A stretch of 64,000 nucleotides of DNA from Octopus vulgaris (taxonomy: Eukaryota). The position numbers and the translations under genes are program-made. The stretch lies in contig OX597815.1 in NCBI GenBank assembly GCA_951406725.2, positions 186,001-250,000 on the forward strand. The letters run 5' to 3'. Numbering within the stretch: position 1 is the first letter of the stretch; each line of letters starts with the position of its first letter. Positions 1 to 12,200 of this stretch are shown here, in pieces. The notes under the pieces were generated by a model. That model made no database searches. It had not been told where the DNA came from and was given only the letters and a program-made list of their open reading frames with translations.

Positions 1-160
1 TGGTTATGGACAAACAACTGACAAGCAAATCTGTGGTATTGAGCAGAATATTTGCTGTAGCCCATCTTTTATACCAAGACAAAACAATGTACATGATAAC
101 ACTTCCAATCAGTTAAGATCAGAAGCCATGAACCACTGTCTGTCACTGCATCAGGGCATT

Positions 161-173
161 TTATTATTGTTAC

Positions 174-234
<61 letters not shown>
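161..234. repeat. (ATT)n microsatellite
   Basis: Direct reading. Confidence 0.95.
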
Positions 235-235
<1 letters not shown>

Positions 236-236
<1 letters not shown>

Positions 237-447
237 GATGGAGAGCTGGCAGAATCATTACCAGAAGAAATGTTTAGTAGCATTTGCTCCCTCTTTATGT
301 TTTGAGTTAAAATTCTGCTGAGGTCGACTTTACTTTTTATCCTTTTGGGATCAATAAAATAAGTGCCAGTGAAGTACGGGGATCGATGTAATCAACTTTA
401 CCCTCCTCTCAAAAACTGTAGGTCCTCTACCAAAATTTGAGACCCTT
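236..447 (+). mobile_element. tRNA-derived SINE, family A (octopus-type)
   Basis: gagctggcagaa...gagttaaaattctgctgaggtcgactttactttttatccttttgggatcaataaa; reverse-complement copies elsewhere in the window. Confidence 0.8.
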
Positions 448-529
448 ATTGTTGTTCTTATGGCATCCTTTCATTCAAGTGTAACTCTATGCTCAGTGTT
501 TTGCTCAGTAGTTTGAGCAGATAGTAGTA

Positions 530-1295
530 GTGAGACATGGTTATGGTTGCAGAAAGGAAGGCTGAAAAGGGAGATAGAAAGTTTGTTAGTAACAGCACAA
601 GATCAAGCATTGAGGACTAATTGGATAAAAGCCAAGATAGACAAAAACCAAGTAGATTCCCAATGTAGGTTATGCAAATCAAAAGAGGAATGTGTTACTT
701 ATATAGTAAGTGAATGTAGCATGCTGACATAGAAAGAGTACAAGAAAAGACATGACAACCTAGGGAGAGTAATCCAGTGGGAGTTATATAGAAAGCTAGG
801 ATTTGACTAACTGATAAATGGTATGAACATGAACCTAGTAAAGTACTAGAAAGTAAGAAGTATAAGACATTGTGAGACTTTAACATTCACATTGACAAAG
901 TAATAGAAGCTAGAAGGCCTGATCTAGTAGTTGTAGATAAAGAGAATAGAAAGTGCCTGATAATTGACTTTACAGTCCCAAATGATGAAAAAAAATCAAT
1001 ATGAGAGGTATAGAAAAGAAATAATACCAGGACCTAGCTTTTGAATTACAGAGACTATGGAAAGTGCAGGTAAAATGTATCCCAGTAGTTATAGGGGCAT
1101 TGGGAACTATCCCTAAAGATTTGAACAGATGGACAGAGGAAATAGGCATAAAACCCAGTTTAGTACAGCCCCAGAAAAGAGTGTTATTAGGGACAGCTAT
1201 GATACATAGGAGGGTCCTTGGCATCTAAGGTTCCTTGTTGTAGTCAGATGTTAGGAATTTTTATTTTCCAACTAGAGTCTGTTGTGAATGTATGA
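530..1295 (+). mobile_element. R4/Dong-clade non-LTR retrotransposon, 3' fragment (CCHC zinc knuckle + restriction-like endonuclease), decayed
   Basis: AQDQALRTN..CRLC..E...IVSEC..KRHD..WYEHEP..RRPDLVVVDK..IIDFTVP..YQDLAFEL..PVVIGALG; stop ~1228; followed by (TAA)n at 1295-1352. Confidence 0.85.
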
Positions 1296-1298
1296 ATA

Positions 1299-1361
<63 letters not shown>

Positions 1362-1369
1362 TAAACAAA

Positions 1370-1755
1370 CTAAACAAACTATGCTGGATCATAGATATAG
1401 CATGCCCAGCTGACAACAAGGTAAGCGATAAGGAAGAATGAAAAGTCGAGAGATATGACAGGTTAGCTTGGGAAGTTAAGCAGTTGAAGTCAATGAAAAG
1501 GTAGCAGTAGTACCAATAATTGTCAGAGCCCTGGGAACAGTGAGCAAAAATCTCAAGAAGTACGTGGAACAAATAAGGGCTGCAATAAGGGTGGAGCACT
1601 TGCAGAAAACAGCACTACTTGGAACTGTTCGAATACTCTGGAAGGTACTTGAAAAATAAGAGGTGTTACCTTAGTTCACTGGTAGTGAACAGCTGACACT
1701 GTAGTACATCTCCAGTGTTAGAAGCTGTGCAAAGGTAATGACAATAATAATAATG
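1370..1755 (+). mobile_element. Second R4/Dong 3' fragment (different subfamily)
   Basis: CWIIDIACPADNKV..KVERYDRLAWEVK..VVPIIVRALGTVSKNL..LQKTALLGTVRIL*; ends in (TAA)n. Confidence 0.8.
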
Positions 1756-1759
1756 CTCT

Positions 1760-2020
1760 CATGGCTTTTGAGCTTAACTGATTGGAAGTGTTATCATGTA
1801 CATTGTTTTGTCTTGGTATAAAAGATGGGCTACAGCAAATATTCTGCTCAGTACTACAGATTTGCTTGTCAGCTGTTTGAACTTAACCAGTTGAGCATGT
1901 CCCTGATCATAGATGATATGTGCATCTCTGATCATGAGCAGAAGTAGTGGGGGAGCATCATAGCCATGTGTTGAGAGGGATTCTTTTGGGTTTGAATAAT
2001 TCACCTCTGGAAACATGGGT
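1760..2020. repeat. Interspersed repeat; 1760-1880 is the reverse complement of ~10-132
   Basis: taactgattggaagtgttatcatgtacattgttttgtcttggtataaaagatgggctacagcaaatattctgctca matches the reverse complement of the window start. Confidence 0.8.
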
Positions 2021-3183
2021 TTTTACTATAGTCTGTAATTGTTGCAGCTTCACCTGGCCCTTCCCCTCAGTACCAGTTAATATCCATGAGTCAGTTCCAT
2101 GAAATATGCAATCTAGCTGTTTTCTAGTCAAATCTCCTTCCTGTCTCAATCATAAGAAAGGGAAGGACACAGTGACTAATGTTAGTCCTACATATTTTAT
2201 GCTTGGAAGACTTGATGGTGGTTTTTATATTGTTAAAGTTGCTGAGAGGAGAGCCTTCTGTTAGTAGTGGTCTCTTGAACTCAGTCCATGACCTTCACTA
2301 CACAGCTTGGACTGATCCAGTAGAGTTTGTTGTGTCTGTAGAATCTGTAATTGCTTGATACAAACTTAGTGTTTGTAACTATGGATACAGTACCAAATCC
2401 TCTTGGTGTTCATGTTACTTACAGCTGGGAATGTGTCTCCTCTTTATTGTGCAAATGATTTGTCATTTAGCCTCAGATTTGACCGAGTATACCTTCAATC
2501 GACTATAATTGAAGGTAGTCCAAATATGAGCCACCCAGTGTATTTAGGGCTATATTTACCTGGTGAGTTCTTCCCATTTTAAAAATAGCAGTGAATAATA
2601 CAAAGAAAATTTAGCTGCTGTTTCTTGCATGTTGAGTTGTGATTGCATAATTGTTTTGTTTTTGTTGGTTGCAGTAGAACTTGTCATTGTTGATGACGAT
2701 GATTTTTTTAATGGGGAAGGGTGTGAGAAATGAAAAAGAATTTATGGATAAAAGGGGTGGGGCTGGTTTAGTAATTATTGCTTGAAACTATTAAATAAAT
2801 ATAGAGGCCATTCTATAGGGTAGGGGCTTTGTTTGAAAGTAGGTCATTTCAAAATATAACTCTTTAAATGACATCTTTCTTCTTCCTTCTAGTACAGTTG
2901 GAACAAGTGTATTGAAATTCAAATATTAGAAGTAGAACTTCCCCCAGTAGTTTAAAGGGAGGTAATCCAGATAGTTTAAACTGGTTTATGTCTCAAAGAA
3001 ATGTTTGTGTTAACCTCCGAGACAATGGGACATGGTTCAGACTCGACTTTTTGGCTCTTCTAGACTAGAGATTGTGAATTTGGGTAACTAAGTGTGCTAG
3101 TGCACTTGTTTCAAGCTATAGATTCATAATTGGAGGGGAAATAAGGTTTGGATGAGGACTGTAGTAGAATTAGCACATGAGAA

Positions 3184-3455
3184 GGCACATGACTCAATGG
3201 TTAGGGTATTCAACTGATGAAAATAAGGTTGTGGGTTCAGTACCTGGTGGTGCATTATGTCTTTGAGCAAGACACTTTATTTCACATTGCTTCATTCAAC
3301 TTAAGCAAAAATGAATAGGGCCAGCCTTGTCACATTGAATCTCCCTGTAAACTATGTTAAGGGTTACGCATGTGTGTGAAGTGCTCAGCCATTTGTTGAG
3401 TTTCGTTGATCGGATCAACTGAAACACTCATCATTGTAACTGACAGAATGCCAGT
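3184..3455 (+). mobile_element. tRNA-derived SINE (third family)
   Basis: A-box-like actcaatggttag, B-box-like gggttcagtacc, then tgtctttgagcaagacacttta core. Confidence 0.6.
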
Positions 3456-4330
3456 TTTTTCCATGACTCAAACTAAACATTCTCTCCATTCCTTTCTAAG
3501 GCAAAGAGAAAACATTTAGGATGAGTTGTGGCTAATCTAGTTGAGAAAGAAAAGCTTTAATCCCAAGGAAGATGAAAAGGAAGTTTGCTAATTAGATGGA
3601 CATGGTTTTTAGACATGGAGAAACTTCTGTGTTAACAGAGTGGTTTGGCTTGGAGCTAGTTTAATGTTCTGACATAATGGTTCCAAAGATGGTTGAAAGA
3701 TTTAAATTGTGGAAATTTTTTAATTTTTCAAACTAGCAAGACCAAACGGCCATGAAAGTGAAACATTTATTACAATATTTTTTTTTTACCATCTAATTGT
3801 GCAATTAGATATTTTTTATATATATATAATTCCTCAGAAGGGGTCACTAAAATAAGTAACTGTTCCCTATAAAAATTGGCCGAGCACTGATTAAAAAAAA
3901 TGAAGTCAATATCAAAGAAAAATAAGTTTTGGCTGAAAATCTCTAAACATTGGTTTGAATTTTAGATATGAATGGTCAATTGTTCAACTTTAGTTCAGTC
4001 CTGATCAGGAAGACCTATGGTCAAAGACATTCCAATCGTGATCATTTCATCTATTTATAAATCAGGTGTTGCATTGCCCCATGTGTCCTTCCTTTTTTTT
4101 TTTTTTATAAGATGGTGTGATCTGAGATTTTGTTGCTATTTCTAGCAGATTAATCAACCACAGAAAGCCCCCCCCCCTCCTTATCAGATGGCTGCAGTTG
4201 TGGTATTCGTGCCATCTCCAGGATTGTCTGCAACAGCATTAGTAAACAGAAATGGCTTATACAAAGACTGAACATCTTGTTGCATTACCTGCTGTTTCTC
4301 TGTGGTTTGACACTATCCAGAAATATTGAT

Positions 4331-4533
4331 TTCAAATTTTGGCACAGAGCCAGCAATTTTGGGGGTGGGAGTGTAAATCAATTAGATCAAACCCAGTGTT
4401 CAACTGGTACTTATTTTAACGACCTCCAAAAGGATGAAAGGCAAAATTGACCGTGGCAGAATTTGAACTCAGAATGTAAAGTTGGATGGAAAGCATTCTG
4501 CCCAGCACACAAATTCTGCTAGCTTGCCACCTT
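4331..4533 (-). mobile_element. SINE family A
   Basis: aaggatgaaaggcaaaattgaccgtggcagaatttgaactcagaa is the reverse complement of the 236-447 family. Confidence 0.8.
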
Positions 4534-4847
4534 TCCCAAAATATTGATTGTTAAACTGGTTTTCTCATACAGTTGGATATATTTTATTGAATCTTGAAGA
4601 ATATGTACCAAGTTGAGAACATTGCAGAAGATATTTCCTCCTTGAATATTCTCAATATTTTGACAGAATTTTGTGAAGATTTTAGCATTATCTGATTTTG
4701 TTGGTTCTATATCAACAATGACCCTGGAAAATAATTGGATTCTTATGAATTATTATTCTCTGCTGACCTTTCTATGATGTGGACTTTTTTCTTGTGAAAT
4801 CTGCTTGATTTTTCTGATTTGCATACAACCTTCTTTCTATTTCTCTG

Positions 4848-4882
<35 letters not shown>

Positions 4883-4999
4883 CTCTTTCTCTCTCTCTCT
4901 CTTACCTTTACATGTAAGCATACACACGCATAATATAGTTGTTAATATATACACCATTACGCACATTCTCACAAATATATATAGAGATATATTAACACG

Positions 5000-5035
<36 letters not shown>

Positions 5036-5064
5036 CAAGCATACATTCATGCTGGGGTCTACCA

Positions 5065-5570
5065 CTATTAGGGATACCAATGTAATTCATAATTTCTTTG
5101 TGGATGACCTGAAGATTTATGCTAAAACTGTTAATGATGCCAAAAAAACAGCTGGAGTTAATTACAACATTTTCAGTTGACATAAGACTAGAATTTGATC
5201 AAGGCAAATATTCATATTTTTTGAATGTTGCAAATCAGTCACCTAAACCCCAAACCTGTGCACTGTTAGTATCTCTCTCTCTCTCTCTTGTTCCACACAA
5301 AGAATGCTACAAATACTTAGGCATTCGTGAAAACAACATACGAAGATGCTATGAATCAAGAAAGAGGACCCAAGAATATAACATCAAACTTAGAAAATTG
5401 TCGTAGTTGACACCCATCCCTTTCAACCAGACAATATCCCACAATACATTTGCAGCACCTATGCTGTTATCAACATTTGGAATATTTGACTGGTCTGTAG
5501 AGGAATTGCACTCCATAGACATTAAAACCCACAAGATACTGACATCATCAGAAAACTTCCACAGAAACTT
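5065..5570 (+). mobile_element. R4/Dong reverse transcriptase fragment
   Basis: HNFFVDDLKIYAK (RT YxDD motif), FSVDIRLEF, YKYLGIREN, NTFAAPMLLSTFGIFDWSVEELHSIDIKT; frameshifted. Confidence 0.8.
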
Positions 5571-5574
5571 GCTA

Positions 5575-5895
5575 CCTTTTTTTGGCATCTTCTTCCTCCA
5601 ATTTTTCAAATAATCTTGCTGAAACTGGTCTATTCTGTACTTATATTGTTTTGTTTTGGCTCCATTTGCTGTCATTCTTTGCTTCATGTCTTCATTAACA
5701 ACATTTAATCATTTTTTCCTTCTTCACATTATATTATCTTTCTACTGTTTTGTTCTTTCCTTAGAATCCCTTTCTTTAAGGAACTAAACTTGACTCACCT
5801 CCCATCGCAACCTTTTCGGGCCATTTTCTAGCTGTCCATTCTCAGTTTACCTGTTTTGCAGCCAAGCTTTTTTGCTATTCCTTCTGCTACAGTCT
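5575..5895 (-). mobile_element. Probable R4/Dong ORF N-terminal fragment
   Basis: MKQRMTANGAKTKQYKYRIDQFQQ resembles the pre-RT Dong/R4 region. Confidence 0.5.
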
Positions 5896-6049
5896 TCTAT
5901 AGGTTATTGACCTCAACTAGAGAAGTAAATAGGGTATATCTTATAAGGTTGTGAAATTGTTTGGGTTCTTTTTTCTGTTTTTCTTTGCTATGACACATTG
6001 TTAGGCTGGCCTGCTTCTCATTACCATTTCGTTCAAGATGAGGCATGAG

Positions 6050-6200
6050 TGTGTGCTTAGGGAGTTTGCTTCCCATCCATATGGTTTCTGTTTCAGTACT
6101 TTTGCATGGCACCTTGAGTAAAGCTCTTCTACTATAACCCTAGGTCTTCCAAAGTCTTGTGAGTGGATTTGGTAGATGTAAAACAGAAGTCTGTCATATG
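6050..6200 (+). mobile_element. tRNA-derived SINE, family B (octopus-type)
   Basis: tggcaccttgagtaaagctcttctactata...cttgtgagtggatttggtaga; related copies at 18763-19107 (-) and 23755-24045 (+). Confidence 0.75.
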
Positions 6201-6238
6201 TGTGTATATACATGCACATATGTGCGTGCACACGTATG

Positions 6239-6277
<39 letters not shown>

Positions 6278-6710
6278 TGGAGAGTAAAAGAGAATATTAA
6301 GAATAAGGAAGAAATTGTCAACATTTCATTAGAATTGAGTCTTTGTAATTTTGATGGAGGAAGAAATTAACTCTGTGGTTTGGGTCTTGAAAAAGCAAAT
6401 TTCATTCACTGCAAAAATTGTGTCCATTTCCAAAGTTGCCAAAACTTTGCCTGACCTTTTTGCTGTAGACTAAACTGTATGTTTGTAGAGCGTGTGTGTG
6501 TGTGCATGCATTGGATTGCCTATGTGTAGATTGATGCCTCCATAAATAGCCTTTTAGTGAAGTTTTCTCTGTGTGTGTGGATTAGGGAAACTTGAGAAAG
6601 GTTAAGCCTATTACTTATTTTGGGAAAATGTCTCTTCAGGGTTTAGCTGTGGACATGTATAGAGACATGTGTATGTATATATATATATATATATATGTAG
6701 ATATGTTTGC

Positions 6711-6744
<34 letters not shown>

Positions 6745-6957
6745 TTCTTTAGTTGCATCTAAAATGTCTTTTATTGATATTAATATTTTACGTAAACCAG
6801 TTATCTAAATTTGCTGTTCCTTACAAGGAACACTTCACATCCCTCATTCCTGCCTGATGAAGTAATGGGGTTACACCCCCATAACATAGCAGTTCATCAA
6901 AAAGTAACTAATAGAATAAGTCCCTGACTTACAAATAAATTATTGAGGTTGATGAGT

Positions 6958-7184
6958 TTCTTTTCTACTCAAGGCACAAGGCCCGAAATTTTGGGGAAGT
7001 GGTGGTGGTGATGGGGAGTTGATTAGATCGACCAGTACGCAGCTGGTACTTGATTTATTGACCCCAAAAGGATGAAAGGCAAAGTCAGCCTCGGCAGAAT
7101 TTGAACTCAGAACATGAAAACAGATTGAAATACTGCTAAGCATTTTGCCCATGTGCTAATGTTTCTGCCAGCCTGCTGCCTTCC
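6958..7184 (-). mobile_element. SINE family A
   Basis: gaccccaaaaggatgaaaggcaaagtcagcctcggcagaatttgaactcagaac...tctgccagcctgctgcc. Confidence 0.85.
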
Positions 7185-7588
7185 TGAGGTTGATGAGTTT
7201 GGCAAAATTGTTCAGAGTGATGCTGTAGCATGGTAACAGTCCACTGACTGTAACAAGTTAAAAAATAACACACACCCACCCACACCCTGATTGAATATCT
7301 GAAGAATTTACACAGAGAACCTTTCAAATTTATTAAAATCATAATTGAATGAATGAACCCCAATAAATGACTGGTACATATTCAGTTATAATTGATTAAT
7401 GTAAGGCATTTAGTCTTTTCTACAAACACACCACTCTTGAAAATGGTTCCTATCAAAACTAATAATTAACAATTTATTGGGTCCATTTAGTGGAGGTAAA
7501 CAAACCAACACTAGTTATCAAGCAGTGGTTGGAGGTAGACAGACACAAAGATGCCATACATACATATACCTACCTGCCTGCATGTATG

Positions 7589-7640
<52 letters not shown>

Positions 7641-9140
7641 AACAAACAACAAGGGTGCCTAAGATTGTATTATCTAATATTTAACTGTTATTTCTAGTGG
7701 ATCAGATGGGTTCTCTTTGTGGTTTGAAGAAAGTAAGATGAAAAATGTTAAGAACAAAACAAAGAGAACTTTAGAAGAAAAAGAAACTAAATGAGATAAT
7801 GGCAATTAGCTTTTTCTTCCAGTGAAATTTCTATGATTATTTGTCTTTTAAATTTTATGTTTTGGCCAAAATTTTTGTTAATTCTGCTAAAACGGTTATT
7901 TGAAGTCTGCTGATTGTGATGCTGCTTTGAGAATCCAACCTCAGTTTACCATGATTCTGCAATGTCTATTTTTATTTGTTTTATTATCAAGTTTTTAAAA
8001 TCTTAGAAATATTGGTTATAAAGGAATTAGCAGAACGTATGCTGGCTTATGGCTTTTTTTTTGTGACGAAACCCTCAAATTTTCAAGATTGTTGCTTAAT
8101 TGTTTAGTAACATAAACACATGCAGCAATGTTTACTAATACAAATGTGGGAGTTTTATCTGAATGAAAAATAGTTGTAGGTTTTCTTTGTCAGTGATTTT
8201 GAATAAAATATTGACAGCCACTGCAAGACTGTTGACCTCTGCAATTGGACATCCTTGTTTTCCATCGACAGCAACTACGGTAGATCTGTTACGTTTGAAT
8301 TTGATGAAGGTTTTAATGGCTATATTACATCAATAGGGTTTGTACTCAACAACAGTTGTAATATGTTTAATGTTCATCCTAGAACTGTCCTGCCTCCTGT
8401 TGAAATTGTATAGTGCTTCTCTAAAGACATTATGCTTCAAGGAAAGTAACACCTTGGTGCCATTTTAGAGCAGCTGCTGGTTCCTCCTCCTTATCATCAT
8501 CATCAACATCAAGTTTTTTTATATCACATCTTAGAAAGGGAGAAATATTTTGTATACTGTTGTTCTCATAAGCCTAAAAGACACTAACCAAAATATAAGA
8601 TGATGATAGATGGAAAGCCATTGCTAACAGGGTTTGTTTGATTAGGCCTAATCCAAGGTTAAACAAGAACACCTGAAATATTTTGCTTCTAAATTTGTGT
8701 TTTGGAAATGGAATTTGTGAAAATAGAATTTATAGAAATCATTTTTTAATGAGCAGTGTAATTTTGTTTTTTAATATAAAATTTCCTTTCAAGTTTTTCT
8801 GACTGTTATTAAATTTTCTCATTGATTTTAGTCAACCTATGTTTTAGAGTGATTTTTTATTTATTTACTAGCTGTTGGATTTTAATTGATTTTATTGACT
8901 TTTAAATTACATTTATTTTAATAAAAATTTCATTTTCAAATTTCAATCATTTTAAGTCTTGATTCAATTTTCAAAATATACTTTATTCGTTTTAAAAATA
9001 GTTATAAATTAAAACCATATTCATTTTGTTTATTTTCTCCTCTTTTATTACTTACTTGCCTACTACTACTACTATTACTACTGTTACTGCTGCACAATTT
9101 CCTTGGTTTTCGTATTTTACTAGCTGTTCTTACCATTTGT

Positions 9141-9156
9141 TTCTTTTCTCTTTCAG
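9141..9156 (+). other. 3' splice acceptor of the giant coding exon
   Basis: ttcttttctctttcAG|g, preceded by a long T-rich intron end. Confidence 0.75.
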
Positions 9157-9217
9157 GTAACATTGAATACCAGAGACAGACATTTTCTAACAGTTTACTA
9201 AGAAACCACTTTATGTA

Positions 9218-12200
9218 ATGTCTTCGAGAAATGAAGAACCTCATTCTAAGAAAGAGCGAAGACGCAGCAACAGCCGGCTACAGTTAGAGGAAAATGTGTT
9301 CACAACTCAAATTTCTCATTACCATCAAACAATGGGTTACTATGCTGGTCTGGCACCACCGTTTGTGCCAGATCGTACATGTTACAATAACATCAATTGG
9401 TCACCACGAGCGCCCCCTTGGACTGGTTGGCCTCCTCCTGGTGGATGGTTAAACCATTCTGTTACAAATGGTAATGTTCTTTCACCTCAACAGTCATATC
9501 CCTGTAGAGTCACTAACCGTGTCCCTCCACCTTCCTTTAATTTACCATCTGTAACACAACCCCACAGCTCATTAGTAGACCCTATTCTCGGTTCTGTACA
9601 CCCTACTACCCCTGCCAACCTTCGGGGCTGGTATACACGCTATCCAAATGACATTCCACTACCAGAGCTGCCTGTGGTCATGCCACCCACTCAGTTAGAA
9701 AACATTGACTGCCTGCATCCGGTTGGCAATCACATCCATGCAGACCTTAATTTCATTGAGAAAACTGTTGTACAGAAATGTGAAACAACGACATCGGTGT
9801 GTGGCGGTTCCGTGACACGCAGGTCTTGGTACAAAATGCCTGAGAAAAGCCCACCCCCACAGACTAAGAAAGAGAAACTCACAAAGGACAATGAAAAGAC
9901 GGGGAACTTGGGTGGGGTCGAAAGTACAGTGCCAAACAAACCAAATAACTTTGAAAATCCTGCGATTATTACAAATGATTTTAATTGTACCAAACTGTCA
10001 ACTTCAAATTCTTCAAAATCTTCCAACTGTCTTCCAGATTCTGTCACTTCTTCAAATTCTTCAAATAACTTTGCTGAATATTTTCTCAAAAGGCTCATGA
10101 AAAAGCATCAAAATGAATCAAAACTCAATAAGAGCTCAAAGACAACTAGTTCAGAATCTGTAATTTCTGATATTTTAACTACTAATTCTAACCCAAAGAA
10201 CCATATTCAGGTGACGTCTAGTAGTCAGTCTACCCTTAGTCATCTTCCCAAGAAACACCATATCATGGCATTGAATTCCTCATTTTCAAAACGTAATCAT
10301 CATATAATTGAAGATGTAATAGATTTGTCCAGAGACACTGACTCTTCTCCATCACCACCTCCACCACCACCACCGCCACCACCATCTCTTCCTCCTCCTG
10401 CTCTTATTGTTACTACTCCTACTATTTCTGCCCCTCCCACTGTCTCTGCCCCCAATCTTTCTGCCCCTTCTGTCTCTGCTCCCTCAGCTCTTGCACGACC
10501 CCGATCTTCTGTTGTTGAAAAAGCCAACCATCAAAACGACGAACCTCCTTGTGACTTGGTGATCACCAGTTCCTACTCTTTATCTTTGTCTGGTGTTCCT
10601 CACAGATCCAAAGACCTGATAGCAGCAACTGGTGCTTGTAATGTCACAAAAAAGCGTAGGTTGCCAGATATTATAAATGTCAGCCTTGAAGACAATCAAA
10701 AAGAGAATCTTTTATCGACAGACATTGTTCAGGACTACAGATTAAAGCTGGAAAGTAGATCAAAACGTAAAAAATACGAGCCACGCAAGCGGGAGAACTT
10801 GGAACTTGATGAAGACACTTCTTGTTGGCCTCCGGAGTCAATGAACAAATTATTAGGCAACAACTACGAATCTTCCACCAAGAACTATATCCCTGCCTCT
10901 ATAACTAATAAATCGCTAGGTGCTAACCAAACTGATAAATTTTTTGACAAAACCAACAGCAGCAACAATGCTCCAGAATACTGTGATATCGTAGATATTT
11001 TACATTCTTTGTCTAATTCAAGCTCGAATCAAAGTCCTGTTGAGACAAATGACAAAATATGGAAGTGTTGGCCTGAGGAGAGACAAGTTGAACGCAGGAC
11101 GAATAACCGTCATGTGAAAAGTGTTAACAATGAAAAGTGTGTCACCCTGGACGACACTGATGATTCTGATGGAGTTCAAGCCGGGGAAACGATGGCACCG
11201 AAATCTGTGATCCATTCGAGGCAGTCAGTTGACACTCTAAGTACTGCTGAAAGTTCTATGGACTCTTTGAAAAACACAAGCATCAATTCCAAAGCAACAG
11301 AAAACAACGACTCTTTTGGAGAAAGAACTCTGGAAAAAGAAATTGTTTTTACTATCATGGAAGATAAGGTCAGTCCAGGAATACAACCATTTTCTCCATT
11401 GTCAAAAGTTTCTGTTTTAAAAGAGAATTCAAATTCCACTAATTCCTCATTAGACAAATCTATTAATACCAGCAAATTATTAACCGATGCTAATCCAGAT
11501 GTTGAAATTACCAATTCTTCTTGGATGAAAATCAAACAAAAGGAATTTGAATCCTGTAAATCACCAGTTAAACTTCAGGATGATCAGCAGAAATCTGATG
11601 TGGAATCAACTGAAAAAGAAGATTTATCTCAATTGGTTTCCAGTGATGAGAGTAGCATTAATTCCACCGTGTGTTTGTTGCCAAGTCCTGACCGAAGTCC
11701 ATCTACTAATTTTACCAATGATGAGATTTCATCTATAAAATCAGATTTCAAGACACTCCCAGAAGCGTCTGCTGTCTATGCTCCGTATTATCCTGTCAAA
11801 CCATCAACCAATGACAGCTGTCAGCGCAGAAAAGGCCAAAGTTTGTTAGAGAAGGCCCTATTAGCATGTGAAAATGAGTTGGCAACTTCAAAAAAGTTAG
11901 TTTCTGTAAGTAATGAGACTGGAAACAATAGTGTAATCACCAAGAACTGTCAAGGAGTGACTGGAAAATCCCAGGATCGAATGGAAACGGAAAAGGTGGA
12001 GAATAAGAAGGAAGAAACAGAAAATAAGGAGAAAGATTGTGCTCGAACTGCTGGAAATTCCAAATATTGGAAACAGAAGAACCAATTCAATATCTTCCTG
12101 AAGGAGAAACATATTTTGGATGAAAGTTTCTGTCCCGGGTCTGAAACTGAAAAGCCAAATTCTGTTCAGCATTTAAAACCTTACAACAACCACAACAACG

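Noticed and set aside
236-330. tRNA gene (A/B-box-like motifs)
   Set aside because: tRNA-derived SINE head; no complete cloverleaf.
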